Assembly: GCF_006345805.1 (NCBI RefSeq)
Contig: NC_042997.1
Coordinates: 155,372,001-155,436,000, forward strand
Length of the DNA stretch: 64,000 nucleotides
Reading direction: 5' to 3'
DNA from: Octopus sinensis
Lineage: Eukaryota
Position 1 is the first letter of the stretch; every line of letters starts with the position of its first letter. The translations under genes were made by a program, and so were the position numbers. Below the pieces are notes generated by a model, which was not told the origin of the DNA, did no database searches, and saw only the letters and a program-made list of their open reading frames with translations. Below, in pieces: positions 1-12,511 of this stretch.

Positions 1-189
1 CCAGACCCTTTTGTTTTAAAAAAAAATGGAGGATATACTAGATAAATATATTTTGCATATATTATGCCAGGAAAAATACATAGTTGGAATATTAGTTACA
101 AGATGGAAAAAAAAACTAAAATACAGTATAATTTAATGTTTAAGTTACTTATAATTCAGGCAATGCCAGCTATTTTCTTGCTGGTATCA

Positions 190-302
190 TCACACACACA
201 CATGCATGTGCAGGCACACATACACACACACATGCATACACACATGCAGGTGCAGGCACACACACATGTATGCACACGCATGCATGCATGCGCACAAACA
301 CA

Positions 303-336
<34 letters not shown>
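190..336. repeat. Compound (CA)n/(CATG)n microsatellite
   Basis: Direct reading. Confidence 0.95.
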
Positions 337-338
<2 letters not shown>

Positions 339-419
339 GTGTCTCTTTCTCTTTCTGTCTACTGAATCCATTTACATGGCTTTGGTCAGCTTGGAGCTAT
401 ACTAGAAGACATCGATGCC

Positions 420-792
420 CCTGAATGTGATTGATGCCAGGACCGCCTGACTGGCCCCCATGCCGGTGGTATGTAAAAAGCACTATCCAAATCTAACCGA
501 TGCCAGTACCACCTGACTGGCTCTCGTGCTAGTAGCACGTAAAAAGTACTTTATGAACGTGATCGATGCCAGGCTTGCATGACTGGCACCTGTGCTGTTG
601 GCACATAAAAGGCATCCACTACACTCTTGAAGTGGTTGGTGTTAGGAAGGGCATCCAGCTGTAGAAACATTACCAGATCAGATTGGAGCCTGGTGCAGCC
701 ACTGGCTCTCCAGACCACAGTCAAACCGTCTAACCCATGCCAGCATGGAAAGTGGACATTAAACGATAATGATGATGATGATGATGATGATG
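420..792 (+). mobile_element. RTE 3'-UTR element inserted into an older SINE (halves at ~345-420 and ~793-870)
   Basis: GGAAGGGCATCCAGCTGTAGAAAC...CCATGCCAGCATGGAAAG..(GAT)n. The flanks join into one minus-strand SINE. Confidence 0.75.
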
Positions 793-2344
793 AAGGTGCA
801 GTAAAGTGGGACTGAACCTGAAGCAACGCAGTTGGAAAGCAAGCTTCTTAACCATATTGCCATGCCTGTACCTTGTTATGTAAATAATGTTTTATCTTCC
901 ACCTTTGTGCATTAGCATGTATTAAAGAGGTTAGCGATATGGTATTCCCTTTTTATATTAATCGTCTATCATCTCATCTGTAAGGCTCAATCTTTTCATA
1001 CTTTCAGGACTTGCATAGTCTATCAGTACCAAAACATTCCATGTAAAATGCATTAGGATTTGGAAAAAAGGGTAGTAATGCTTGAATATTTATGCTACAT
1101 GTAAAACGCATGAGGATTTAGAAAGTGGGTAATGATGTTTGAATATTCATGCTACATGTTTGCACTATATACCATGTTGACTTGTATGCCAGAAAATGCA
1201 CCAGAAAATGCAGAACATTTTGCACTCAGTGTTCTTCATTTGAAGAACTTTTGTTGCTTACAGATACAGCAATGCTGTGAAGTATAATGTAAGCCATAAT
1301 GATGTCACTTGTTCTTTCATAGATAATAACTAGGATACACAGCTAGCTAGCTGGCTGACTGGCCGGCTCATTTAATTTATCTCTACTTGCACTGCTCAAA
1401 TACGCATTTTCATTGATAAAAACACTTTACATCAGATGTGACCCCATCAAATAAACTCTTTGGCTTGTGAAAAACACTTGAAAATCTGTTAACAATATTC
1501 CTTTGAATTCATTGTTATCTTTAGGCAACCACTCCAATCTGTCTCTACTTGTAACATATTTAATACATTGTTACCACTACTTGAGAAAGCTACTCTTTCT
1601 TCTCTTTAAAAAAAAAAAAAAATCGAGAGAGACAGGCTTAGGTTTGGTTTGCCTGTTATTTTAATTTTATTATTATCATATCTTGTGTAGAAATCTGACC
1701 TCAATATATATCATTTATTTCATCGACCTTGCTAACAGCAGCTGTAACAGCTTGTTACCACTACATTATTGGTATATTATCATACTTCACTTATACAAGC
1801 TTTCCTCTTTATCTGTTTCTATACTCTTTGGGTAGAATCTAATCCTGCAGCAAATATTCCTTGACCTCTGCTTTGGTTACACTCCACCATTATATCATTT
1901 TCATCATCATCATCATCATCATTTTCATCATCTCCATCATTCTTTTAATGTTTTATTTTTCCATGCTTGCATGGGACTACTTTGGGGGCAAAGTTTTCTA
2001 TAGCTTGATGCACCAATCCTTGCCTCTTTCGAAGCAACATAATAATCTTCCAGACTATTGAACAACAAACGGCCCAGATATGCTTTTGTCATGAGCTCCT
2101 AACAAACAACACAGCCTGTACAAACAGTGATGTGTTTGTTTACACAAACAATGAATGCATGTGAAGATGAGGGGATATATGAACTCACTCACACAAACTC
2201 ACGCACGTTTTTTCACACCCAACATAGTGTATTTAAGACTGCATATTTAATGTGTCTTTCTTCCCCTCTTTAAAAAAATCAGTAAGGTTTGATTCGAAGG
2301 AAGTTTTGGCTGCTATTTCTAACTGATTCAGTAACTGTTCATCA

Positions 2345-2420
2345 TACATACATGCATGCATGCATACATACGTACATGCATACATACATACATACATACA
2401 TACATACATACACACATACA
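2345..2420. repeat. (TACA)n microsatellite
   Basis: Direct reading. Confidence 0.95.
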
Positions 2421-2529
2421 TATTGTGAACTCGTCTCCTTAATCTGGGAATCAGGATCAGTCCCACGGGAGTTTAAAGACACTTCTATTATCCATCTTTA
2501 TATGCACAAAGACAACAAATGTGAATGCA

Positions 2530-3240
2530 ACATCATCATCATCATCATCATGGTTTAACGTCTGTTTTCCATGCTGGCATGAGTTGGATGGTTTGACTGA
2601 AGTCTGGAGAGCCAGCAGCTGCACCAGGCTCCAATCTGATCTGGCAATGTTTCTACATCTGTATGCACTTCCCAATGCCAACCACTCTGAGAGTGTAGTG
2701 GGTGCTTTTTACATGCCTGCAGCATGGAAGCCAGTCAGGTGGCCCTAATGTCAATCACATTTGGATAGTGCTTTTTACATGCCACTGGCATGGGAGCCAA
2801 TCAGGGGGCACTAGCATTGGCTATGTTCGGATGGTGCTTTTTACATGCCACCAGCATGGGAACCAGTCAGGGGGCACTGACCATAACTACGATTTTGGTT
2901 TCACTTGACTCAATAGGTCTTCTCAAGCATATATCATATCGCCCGACACATAAAGGATACTCTTAAATGGGTCAGATATGTGACACTAGTATTGGCCATG
3001 ACTGCGATCTCACTTTAGTTGCTGGGTCTTCTCAATCACAGCATATCTCCAAAGGTCTCGGTCTCCTGTCATTGTCTCTGTGAGGCCCAACATTCGAAGG
3101 TCATGCTTCACCACCTCATCCCATGTCTTCCTGGGTCTACCTCTTCCACAGGTTCATTCCACTGTTAGAGTGTGGCACTTCCTCACACAGCTGTTCTCAT
3201 TCATACATAACACATGACCATACCAGTGCAGTCGTCTCAT
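2530..3240 (-). mobile_element. RTE LINE 3' end with 3' UTR and (GAT)n tail
   Basis: Minus strand reads RRLHWYGHV...GRGRPRKTWDEVVKHDL; same 3' UTR as at 33400-33735. Confidence 0.85.
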
Positions 3241-4022
3241 TCCATGAAGTAATATCCTTGCTATATCACTGTACACACCAAGCAACTAACTACATAATCA
3301 TGAGTTCAGATCATACTATAAACAGGTCATTGCACCCTTGATCTAAGAACCTGCCTTTCTCTACTTTATATAGCTTAAACAAAAAGACAAGGGAGTGAAC
3401 TGGTAGAACTGTTAGCACATCAGACAAAATGTTTAGCAATATTTCTTCTAGTTCTTTTTGTTCTGAGTTCAAATCCCACTAAAGTCAACTGTGCCTTTAA
3501 TCCCTTCAGGGTTAGTAAAATAAAATACAAGTGCTGGGATTGAAGTAATTGACTTGTCCCCGGCTCTCAAAATTGTTGGCCTTCAATCCTGTAATGGATC
3601 AGGGTCCATTTAGAGGGAACATTGTGATCTCGATCATTTATACACCATGCCCTTCCTGTAGTCAACTCTCACCTGTTTCCCAGCAATATCATATTTCTCC
3701 ATGGCCAGACATGTTTTCACAAAATATTGGAAATGAAGGACACTGCATGTGTGAAAATGACTCTCATTTACAACTATCATGCAATGTCAAGACAAAGAAA
3801 CACAAATATACACGCACGCATGCATGCACACACACACACACGCGCGCGCGTGTGTGTGTCTGTGCAATGGTCTTTAAGTTTCCATTTATCAAATCCACTC
3901 AAGGGTTTAGTCAGCCTGGGACTGTAGTAGAAGACACTTGCTCAAGGTGCCATGCATTGGGATTAAACAAAGAACCATGTTGTTGGGAAGCAAATTTCTT
4001 CACCACACAGCTATGCTTATAC

Positions 4023-4059
<37 letters not shown>

Positions 4060-4089
4060 ATAAGGCTTCATTTCCACACATGCCAGGTT

Positions 4090-4670
4090 AATTCAATTCG
4101 TCCTTAGTTGAAAGACACTTGTTGCTATGTCCTGTTATTATTTTTATTGTATTTATATTTGTGTAACATTGTCCGTTTTTCCGTCCTTGTTTTTGTATAC
4201 ATTCACTGCTTTCTTCCAAGGAATCTAATGCTCTTAGCTTAGTTTTTCCTTGGGGATGGCCAGATTGGAGCAATCTCAAGAATAATCAGCTGAAATTGCG
4301 AGGATAATCTGGTGCTTGACTGAAGAAAGAAAACTTCGAATGACCTGTCCTTGTTTTCTTTGTATCGTGTATCTGGATGTTTTTTGTCCCTTTTTGTATC
4401 AACTAGCTGTCCAAATGATTTGCATTCTTGTCCCATTTTGTATTTTGTATTTCATATATATATATATAAAGTTAATCCAAACAAGAAAGCACAAAAAAAC
4501 ACAACAACGTGAGGATGTGGAACAAATATAGTATTATTGGATGCTAAGGAAAGAAGGAGGGTTTAACGTTTCGAGTGGAGCTCTTCGTCGGAAACATAGG
4601 AGAAGGAAAGATCCAGAGGAGGGAAGACAGAGGAAAAAGAATCGCCAACGGTACACACGAGGTCACATTT
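4090..4670 (-). mobile_element. Dispersed-repeat-like segment, probable Penelope-like element terminus carrying the hammerhead motif
   Basis: Carries the ACGTTTCG...CTCTTCGTC motif typical of Penelope-like terminal repeats and ends at a (TA)n/(GA)n tract. Boundaries are estimated. Confidence 0.4.
4561..4595 (-). ncRNA. Minimal type I hammerhead-ribozyme-like motif (Penelope-type)
   Basis: Minus strand reads GUUU-CCGACGA-A-GAG(CUCCA)CUC-GAAA-CG-U-U-AAAC: stems I and II pair, stem III is the palindromic ACGU. U4 is C in this copy. Confidence 0.6.
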
Positions 4671-5565
4671 TGAAATATATATATATAGAGAGAGAGAGAG
4701 AGGGGTGGGGAGATATCAAGCTTCTGAAGAAGTTCTTTTATAAAATTCCACTCACAAAATATCGGTCAACTCTACAACTCAAAGCTTTAGCAGAAGGCAG
4801 TATCTACATCGTACGATGTAATAAAGACCAAATATGGAACAATAGGTTTGTAAAATGGTCTTCTTAATCACACAGCCAAGTGCTATATGTTAAAATTGAA
4901 CAAACTATTGTAAATAAATCATTATGAGCTCTTTCAACAAATCATCATAATACCCACCTCCACAACTGTTATACACCTCTATGTTTATACCAGATGTTTC
5001 ACTGTCTTCTTAATTGATTTATTTTTCTTTTAGCATGTGTGTGTGTGTGTGTATGTAAAAAGTCACAAAAATAATATAAATCAATGACAGAGCTATTGTC
5101 ATGATATTCTTTGTGCAATAAGCACAAGGTCTGAAATATCTCCACGTCTCTGAATACTTGCTTAATATTTAAATATTCAGAAGGCATTGGGCTGGCAGAA
5201 CAGGGTGAGCAATGGTCAAAATTCTTTATGGTATTTTGTTATATAAGTTTATACATTTAGTTTAAATCTAGCTAAGGTCAATGTCTTCATCCTTTTGAGA
5301 TTGATAAAATAAATACCAATCAAATACTAGATTTAATCCTCTTTCTCTGCCATCTTTCCTTAAAGTAGTGGCCATGTATTTATATTTGAATGCTCTTAAA
5401 AGTTGTTAAAAAATATATATTAGAAACAGAGGTAGTATTAATATTTAGAAGTTATATTTATTTCCACTTAAATGTGAATATTCATTAGAACAAACTATAC
5501 TGCAGTAGATACCATGAGAAAAACTCTCATATAGGCTTTTGGTGCAAAAAGCATGCTTGCTTATT

Positions 5566-5596
<31 letters not shown>

Positions 5597-6095
5597 AATT
5601 ATTGTATACAGTGCTCAGGTGCACCACAACTTGTCAAAAGTGCATATAAAGCATATGCAGTAATGTACAAATGTCTGGAAAGTGAACAGTGTATGAGTCA
5701 GATACATACTTGCGTGTGTATGGAGGGGAGAAAATCAGGTTTAGTGTTGACGAATCTCAGGAAGCATGGAAGTTTTGAAGGATGAAGTGCTCCGACAAAT
5801 AGCAACTGATGCCAGCAGTTTGTTCCATACTTCAGCAACTCTTAGCGGGAAAAAATGTTTCCGAAAGTCATGGGAGCTGTGCTGTTTTCTGACTTTGTAA
5901 ACATGTCCATGGGTGTTAGACAGGTGGAGTTTGAAAAAGTGCTCAGAGTTATTGTTAGTAAGATGGTTAATAATTTTATGGGTGTCTGCCAAGTCAGCTG
6001 CCAGATGTCGGAGTTTCAATGTATCCATGCCCAGGGAAGTAAGGCATTCAGAATATGGCAAATGCCTGATGGAGGGTATTCTCTTCGTTGCACAT
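5566..6095 (-). mobile_element. CR1/L2-type LINE 3' fragment with (ATT)n tail
   Basis: ORF 5741..6061 (PYSECLTSLGMDTLKLRHL...RKHFFPLRVAEVWNKL) is a typical CR1 ORF2 C-terminus. (AAT)n at 5566-5594. Confidence 0.85.
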
Positions 6096-6145
6096 CACTG
6101 GTCGCTAGCAGGGAGAGAAGTCCCTACCAACTCCAGTGCTGAGAC

Positions 6146-6190
6146 CACCGGATCATGTGATTTCAACTTTACTTGACCTCATCAGTGATG
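6146..6190 (-). ncRNA. Degenerate type I hammerhead-like motif in a ~332-nt tandem unit
   Basis: Minus strand: CAUCA-CUGAUGA-GGUC(AAGUAA)AGUU-GAAA-UCA(CA)UGAU-C-CGGUG. Core intact; stems I and II weakened. Confidence 0.45.
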
Positions 6191-6771
6191 AATGCTTGAC
6201 TGCTAGAGATAGCAGTGACTCACCCTGCCAGTGATGTATAGAAAATCAGTACGTGAACAGTCACTGATGTTGCAATTAGCCAGTGAGCTTGTTAAAAAAT
6301 ATATATTAGTAAAAGAGGCAATATTTATTCCCACTCAAATGGGGATGTTCTGTTAAAACAAACTTTACTGTAGTAGATACCAAGAGAGAAACTCTCATAT
6401 GGGCTTTTGGTGCAGAATACATGCTTGTTTATATCACTAGCAGGAAGACAAATCCCCACCATCACCAGTGCCGAGACCACCAGTTAATGTGATTTCAACC
6501 TTTTTAAAAGTTTGTCTCAGTAAAGATTAATGTGATTAAAATAAATAAGTATTGTTAAGTCAATTGCATTTCTGTTTTATCACATTGTATAAAATGTTTG
6601 AAATGTTAAAATCATTATTCTCCACTCCTAACAAAACCCAGTTAACTGTTTATTTCCTGCCTAGCATAGGAAAATCTAAACTCTTTTGAAAGCTATCACT
6701 TTGTTCTGTCTGGCAAGCTTTTTAGTAGACAGACAAAAAATGAAATACACATCTCTCTCCTCTCTCTCTTT

Positions 6772-6793
6772 TTCTATATATATATATATATAT

Positions 6794-6843
<50 letters not shown>
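6772..6843. repeat. (TA)n microsatellite (others at ~15020-15073, 48481-48523, 59538-59576, 60625-60688)
   Basis: Direct reading. Confidence 0.95.
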
Positions 6844-6849
6844 TAAATT

Positions 6850-7445
6850 GAGTATAAGTGGCATCAGCTGTAAGTGTGCAGGAGAGAAGACTGTGCTGGT
6901 ATGGCCACATGAATCAGATGGACAAGGACAGCTGCATAAAGAAGTGCCAATATCTAATTGTGGAACCTGTGGAAGAGGTAGACCCAGGAAGATGTAGACG
7001 AGGTGGTGAAACATGATTATTGGATGTTGAGTCTCACAGAGGCGATGACAAATGAACAAAACTTCTGGTGAATTTCTGTACTTGAGAAGACATGTCAGGC
7101 TAAGTGAAATCATGGTCCTGGTTACTGCTGGTGATGCATGAAAGGCACCCATGCTGGCAACACATAAAACACATAAAAGGTACCTGTGCTAGGGACATGT
7201 TAAAGGCACCCACGTTGGTGACATGTAAATGGCACCCATGCCAATGACACATAAAAGGCATGCATACTGGTTACATGTAAAAGGTACCAAGTACACTCTG
7301 TGGAGTGGGTTGATGTTAGGAAGGGCATCCAACCATAGAAACCAAGCCAAAATTAGACAAGCACCTGATGCAGCTCTCTGGCTTACCATCTCCAGTCAAA
7401 CTGAGTAACCCATACCAGAAAATGGACATCAAATGATGATGATAT
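6850..7445 (+). mobile_element. RTE LINE 3' fragment
   Basis: Decayed RL.WYGH...GRGRPRK followed by the shared 3' UTR and (GAT)n. Confidence 0.75.
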
Positions 7446-7744
7446 ATAGATATGTATTGGTGCAGACAGGGGCATGTGGTAAGAAGCATGGTTCTGAGTT
7501 CAGTCCAACTTCTTGGCACTTTGGGCAAGTGTCTTCTACTATAGCCTCAGGCTGGCCAAAGCCTTGTGAGTGGATTTGGTGGATGTAAACTGAAAGAAAC
7601 TTACATTATTTACATTCGACAGATATTTTTCCTCATCTTGTTTGTTGTTAACCCAGGACTGAAAACGAATAAATTAATCCAAGAATTGTTATTTCTTGGT
7701 CCACTGCTTTCTGTCATTTCCTTTATATGATAATATGCAAATAA

Positions 7745-8095
7745 AAAGAAAATAATAAGAGCACTCAGAGAGCACAAACCTCTGCTGAGGCAACACCAAC
7801 ATCCTCTCAACAATTAGCTGGAGATGATTTTTAAAATGAGAATATTTGAAATAAACTCGACTACTCTCACAAATGAGAATACTGAAAACGAAACCGACCA
7901 CTCTCAAAAATTAAGTAAAAAAAAAAGGAAGAATAATCCAGAGTCCTTGTCTGGTACCTGATTGATCCCAAAATCTAATCAGTTTGTGCCAATCATGAGG
8001 CCAAACATCCCTGAAAGTTTCATCTGAATCCATCCAGTGGTTCTTGAGATATCTTGTCCACGGACACACAGACAAACACAACTGAAAACAATACC
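7745..8095 (-). mobile_element. DINE/HINE-like non-autonomous element
   Basis: Reverse complement of 53640-53975. Contains the GATATCTCAAGAAC..GATGGATT..GATGAAAC motif seen in Helentron-associated elements (class inferred). Confidence 0.55.
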
Positions 8096-9649
8096 TCCGC
8101 CTTAGTGAAGACGGAGGTAATAATTCTTTCTATTATAAGCACAAGGCCTGAAATTTGGGGGAGAGGTTTAGTCAATTATATTGATCCCAGTGCTCAGCAG
8201 GTACTTGTTTTATTAATCCTGAAAAGCAGAAAGGCAAAGTTGACCTTGGCAGAATTTCAACCGAGAGCATAAAGCCCGAAAAAAATGCCACTAAGCACTT
8301 TGTTTGATATGCTAATGATCCTACCTTCTTGCAACCTTAATCATCACCATCATCATCATCATCATTGTCATCGTTTAGTGTCCATTTTCCATGCTGGCAT
8401 GGGTTAGACGGTTTGACTGGAACTGGTAATCCAGAGAGCTGCATCAGGTTCCAGTATGGTTTGGCATGGTTGCTAAGGTTAGATGCCCTTCCTAAAGCCA
8501 ACCACTCCAAGAGTGTAGTGAGTGCCTTTTACATGTCATTGGCATGGGTGACTTTTATATGTCACTAGCCACAACAACACTTTCTCTTGATAATAACTCA
8601 CAATTTCTGATCTTAACTGATTAGAAGTGTTATCATGTGCCTGTTATGTCTTGGTAGAAAAGATGGGTTACAGCAAATATTCTGCCAATACCACAGAATT
8701 GCATGCCCTGATGCAGTACCTATTTCTTTACTACCCACAAGGGGCTAGACACAGAGAGGACAAACAAGGACAGACAAACGGATGAAGTCGATTATATCGA
8801 CCCCAGTGCGTAACTGGTACTTATTTAATCAACCCCAAAAGGATGAAAGGCAAAGTCGACCTCAGCAGAATTTGAACTCAGAACGTAGCGGCAGACGAAA
8901 TACCGCTAAGCATTTCGCCCAGCGTGCTAACGTTTCTGCCAGCTCGCTGCCTTATGATGCAGTACCAGGCAGTGACTCTCATGGCTTCTGATCTTGACTG
9001 ATTGGAAATGTTATCATGTACAGCATTTTGCCCAGCGAGCTAACGATTCTTCCAGCTCACTACCTTTGTGTCGTATATAATAAAAATTTTATAGGTTGTT
9101 CAGATATATAAAACCATTGGCTCAGTCTTATACAAAGAAAATCTTTATAAGCTTATTTTTTTTTAATATAATTGTATCATAGTAATGTATTGTAGCAATT
9201 AAAAACAAACCTAAGTTACACCATTGTCGTCGCTGCCACCACCATCCTTGTTGTCATTGTAGTCTTGTCATCATTGTCATTTAATATTTGTTTTCTATGC
9301 TGGCATGGGTTGATTGTTTCGAAGCACTATATATTTATTAGGTGTCAAAGTATTTTATTGTATGTTTACCACATAATTATTGTTATTCTATTTCACTGTA
9401 GGGTATTGAAATACTGTTTCTTAATAATATATATTATAATCACAAAATAATAATAAAGTATGAGAGTGAATACATTAGTGTTTATGGGAGTTTTAATGGG
9501 TATAGTGATTCTACCATGATCTCTTAGTCCTAGTACACAATTCCAAGTGAAATCTCTTGTAAAACATAAGCAACTAAGAAAAATTTCTTTGAAGGATTTT
9601 TTTTTACATTTCTTATATGTCTTTTTGATTGGTTAATAGTATAAATGTA

Positions 9650-10070
9650 TCGTTACCAGCGTTGCCTGACTGGCACTTGTGCCTGTGCTAGTAGGGTGCC
9701 AAGAGCACCCTCCGAGCATGATCATTGCCAGAGTGGCCAACTGGCTTCCATGCCGGTGGCACATTAAAAAACACCATTCGAGTGTGATTGTTACCAATGT
9801 CGCCTTACTGGCACCTGTGCCGGTGGCTTGTGTAAAAAGATTCGAGTGAGGTCATTGCTAGTACCGCCTGACCGGCGCCCATGCCAGTGGCACATAAAAA
9901 GCACTCACTATAGTCTCGGAGTGGTTGGCATTATGAAGGGCATCCAGCTGTAGAAACTCTGCCAGATCAAGATTGGAGCCTGGTGCAGCCATCTGGTTTG
10001 CCAGCTCTCAGTCAAAATCGTCCAACCCATGCTAGCATGGAAAGCAGACGTTAAATGATGATGATGATGT
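9650..10070 (+). mobile_element. RTE 3'-UTR element
   Basis: Same family; further copies at ~8345-8560(-), 20870-20990(-), 35980-36300(+), 40590-40745(+) and 54300-54520(+). Confidence 0.8.
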
Positions 10071-12093
10071 ATCATCTTCACACTTTTAATAAGAGCTGTA
10101 GTGACATCATCACCATCTGGTCATTACTTTATCGTTGTTGGCATTGTCGTCGTCACCATCATCTAACTATAATGGTAGTATCACTTGAGAACTACAGTAT
10201 CAAGCCAATGAGGGGACTGTTGTATGGTCACTTGATCTAGAAATTACAGCCAAATCTCATCCAAATGACTGCTTACCACTATAAAAAATAGAGGGGGAAA
10301 ATATACATTGGTTAATATAGTTCTAGATACACTGTATCTGAAAATAAGACAGGATTGTCATGACTGGAATGCTTTTGGTCACAGGTCTACTTGATTGGGG
10401 CTAAACAGCAATAAGTATCTAATGATTTGGGAATAAGTCAACCTTAGATAAATGGGTGATGTTAGTGTAATTGTTGTCTGATTTGAATTGCTTTTTGGAG
10501 AACACACTTCAATAGTAAGGAAGGATTGCAGTTTTTGAAAGGAAGAATTGGATCAAACATTTAGTAAGATGTCTTGAAATAAGATGAGGAAAAGTGAAAC
10601 TGTAAGTTTTTATTCTCCATTATTTTACCTAGGTTTACAAATAGTCTGTCTGTGAGATTATATCAAACATTGCTACCATTTGATGTACTGTACTTGTCTG
10701 TTAACCGAGTCCATCATAATAATCACTCTGCCACTTGTCTTTAGCTGTTCTTTTTTTCCTTTTCCTTTCTGGTGTACATGGTAAAACATTTCACATAGTA
10801 AATGGCTGCTGTCATCTTTTCATCTTCTTCAACAAAACTACTATCCTTGTCTTTTCTTGAAGTTGGATTGAATGGGAAATCCTGCTCTGTTGTTGTACAT
10901 TTTATAATAAGTGATAAGAAAATCTAGTGTATTTGTATTGTGCTGTGACTGAAGTTTGGCAATATTTTGTAACTTATCTAAGGTGGTGAGCTGGCAGAAT
11001 CATTAGCATGCCGGGTGAAATGCTTAGAGGTATTTTGTCTGCCATTACGTTCTGAGTTCAAATTCTGCCAAGGTCAACTTTGCTTTTTATCCTTTTGGGG
11101 TCGATAAATTAAGTACCAGTTACGCACTGGGGTCGATGTAGTTGACTTAATACCGTTGTCTGTCCTTGTTTGTCCCCTCTATGTTTAGCCCCTTGTGGGA
11201 AATAAAGAAATAAGAAATAAAAATATTTTGTAACTTATCTGTTTTATTTATCAAGTTACAACAAACGCAGCCTAACATTCAAAGTAGAGACCATCATGTA
11301 GCACCTTTCTGCCAGTTCTTTGATATCATACTGATACCAGTTCTTGTCCTTCAAAGGGAGAACTCCATCCCTGAAGCTTTCAACTCCTCTTCATTGATGG
11401 TATGTTGCAAGTGCAGGAAATTAACTATGGATGTTTAGCTGCTTTTGTCATAACTTGATAAACCACTTACCAAAATGTTGCGAAACTTTTGACTCAACAC
11501 AATCACTGTCCACTCCAAATTTTTGACTCATCACAATAGTTTTTGCCCTCAGGTTTTGCATGTAATATTTCCTATTAGTATGTTCCTAAGCAAGAGTCAC
11601 ATCATTAAGATTTCAGTTCAGTTTCTGGCCAATAATACACTTGCAGAGAACATGGACATTAAATGATGATGATGTACCATGATTAATACAGTACTTTCAA
11701 GTTGCATTACATCATAATGTAATGGCTTAAGACCATGTTCCTTGATTACATCAATCCATTTAACATTCCAAAACACAAACTAACAAGAAACCCTCTACAT
11801 AGTCATGTAACTTCTAGAAATAGCTGTTAAATCAATAAGCCACCCTTTGTTGTCTTAAAAGTTACGATTTATTGGATAATGTAGTGCTCTCATTCTGGTT
11901 ATTCTATATGAGCAAAAGATTGGATGGTCTGAATGAATTGATCCTTGTACTCATTTTCTTTTTAAGCCCAGTACTTATTCTATTGATCTCTATCACCAAA
12001 CCACTAAGTTACAGGGATGTAACCATACCAACACCAGTTGTCAAGAGATTGTAGGGAAAAGACATACACATATAAAATATATATATATATATA

Positions 12094-12136
<43 letters not shown>

Positions 12137-12429
12137 AACTGATGATGATATATACAATGGGCTTCTTTCAGTTTCCGTCTACCAAATCCACTTACAAGAT
12201 TTTGGTTGACCTGAGATCATAATAGAAGACATTTACCTACGGTACCATGCAGTCAGATTGAACCCGGAACCATGTGGTTGGGAAACAAACTTCTTACCAC
12301 ACAGCCACACCTGTGCCTAATCGTCCCAAATATTTCTCTTAATTTATACAACTTTTTATTTATTATTTGAACATTGATTAATATTTTATGGCCCTTATTA
12401 AAAATGCTGTTACCAATATTATATTATAG

Positions 12430-12511
12430 CTTACAACCAGTATATGGAGCAGCATGGTGGATCAATAGTCAACATCATTGCTGATATGTGGAAGGGTTTT
12501 CCTATGATGAG
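12430..12511 (+). CDS. PECR: PECR internal exon (82 nt), (A)YNQYMEQHGGSIVNIIADMWKGFPMM(S)
   Basis: AG at 12428-29 and GTAAGT at 12512. GGSIVNI is the SDR beta-5 motif and matches vertebrate PECR WMKEHGGSIVNII as I recall it. Phase 2 joins the next exon. Confidence 0.95.

Larger units (their letters stand above)
5403..6520. repeat. Tandem ~332-bp direct repeat (about 1.7 units), first unit interrupted by a CR1 fragment
   Basis: 5403-5565 matches 6290-6432 (e.g. TTGTTAAAAAATATATATTAG; TAGATACCA.GAGA.AAACTCTCATAT.GGCTTTTGGTGCA). 6100-6170 matches 6432-6502 with an offset of 332. Confidence 0.75.

Noticed and set aside
64-424. His/Thr-rich, Ile/Tyr-rich and poly-Leu/Asn ORFs here and at 6686-7152, 20374 and 24209-24518
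   Set aside because: They are translations of microsatellites and SINEs.
4312-4352. Plus-strand CTGAAGA-AAGAAAACTTC-GAAT-GACCTGTC, hammerhead-like
   Set aside because: GAAA is broken, the A15.1-U16.1 pair is missing and there is no stem I.
1-12429. PECR 5' exons (TGGxxGIG and NNGGGQF motifs)
   Set aside because: I scanned by eye and found no matching exon; they probably lie upstream of the window.
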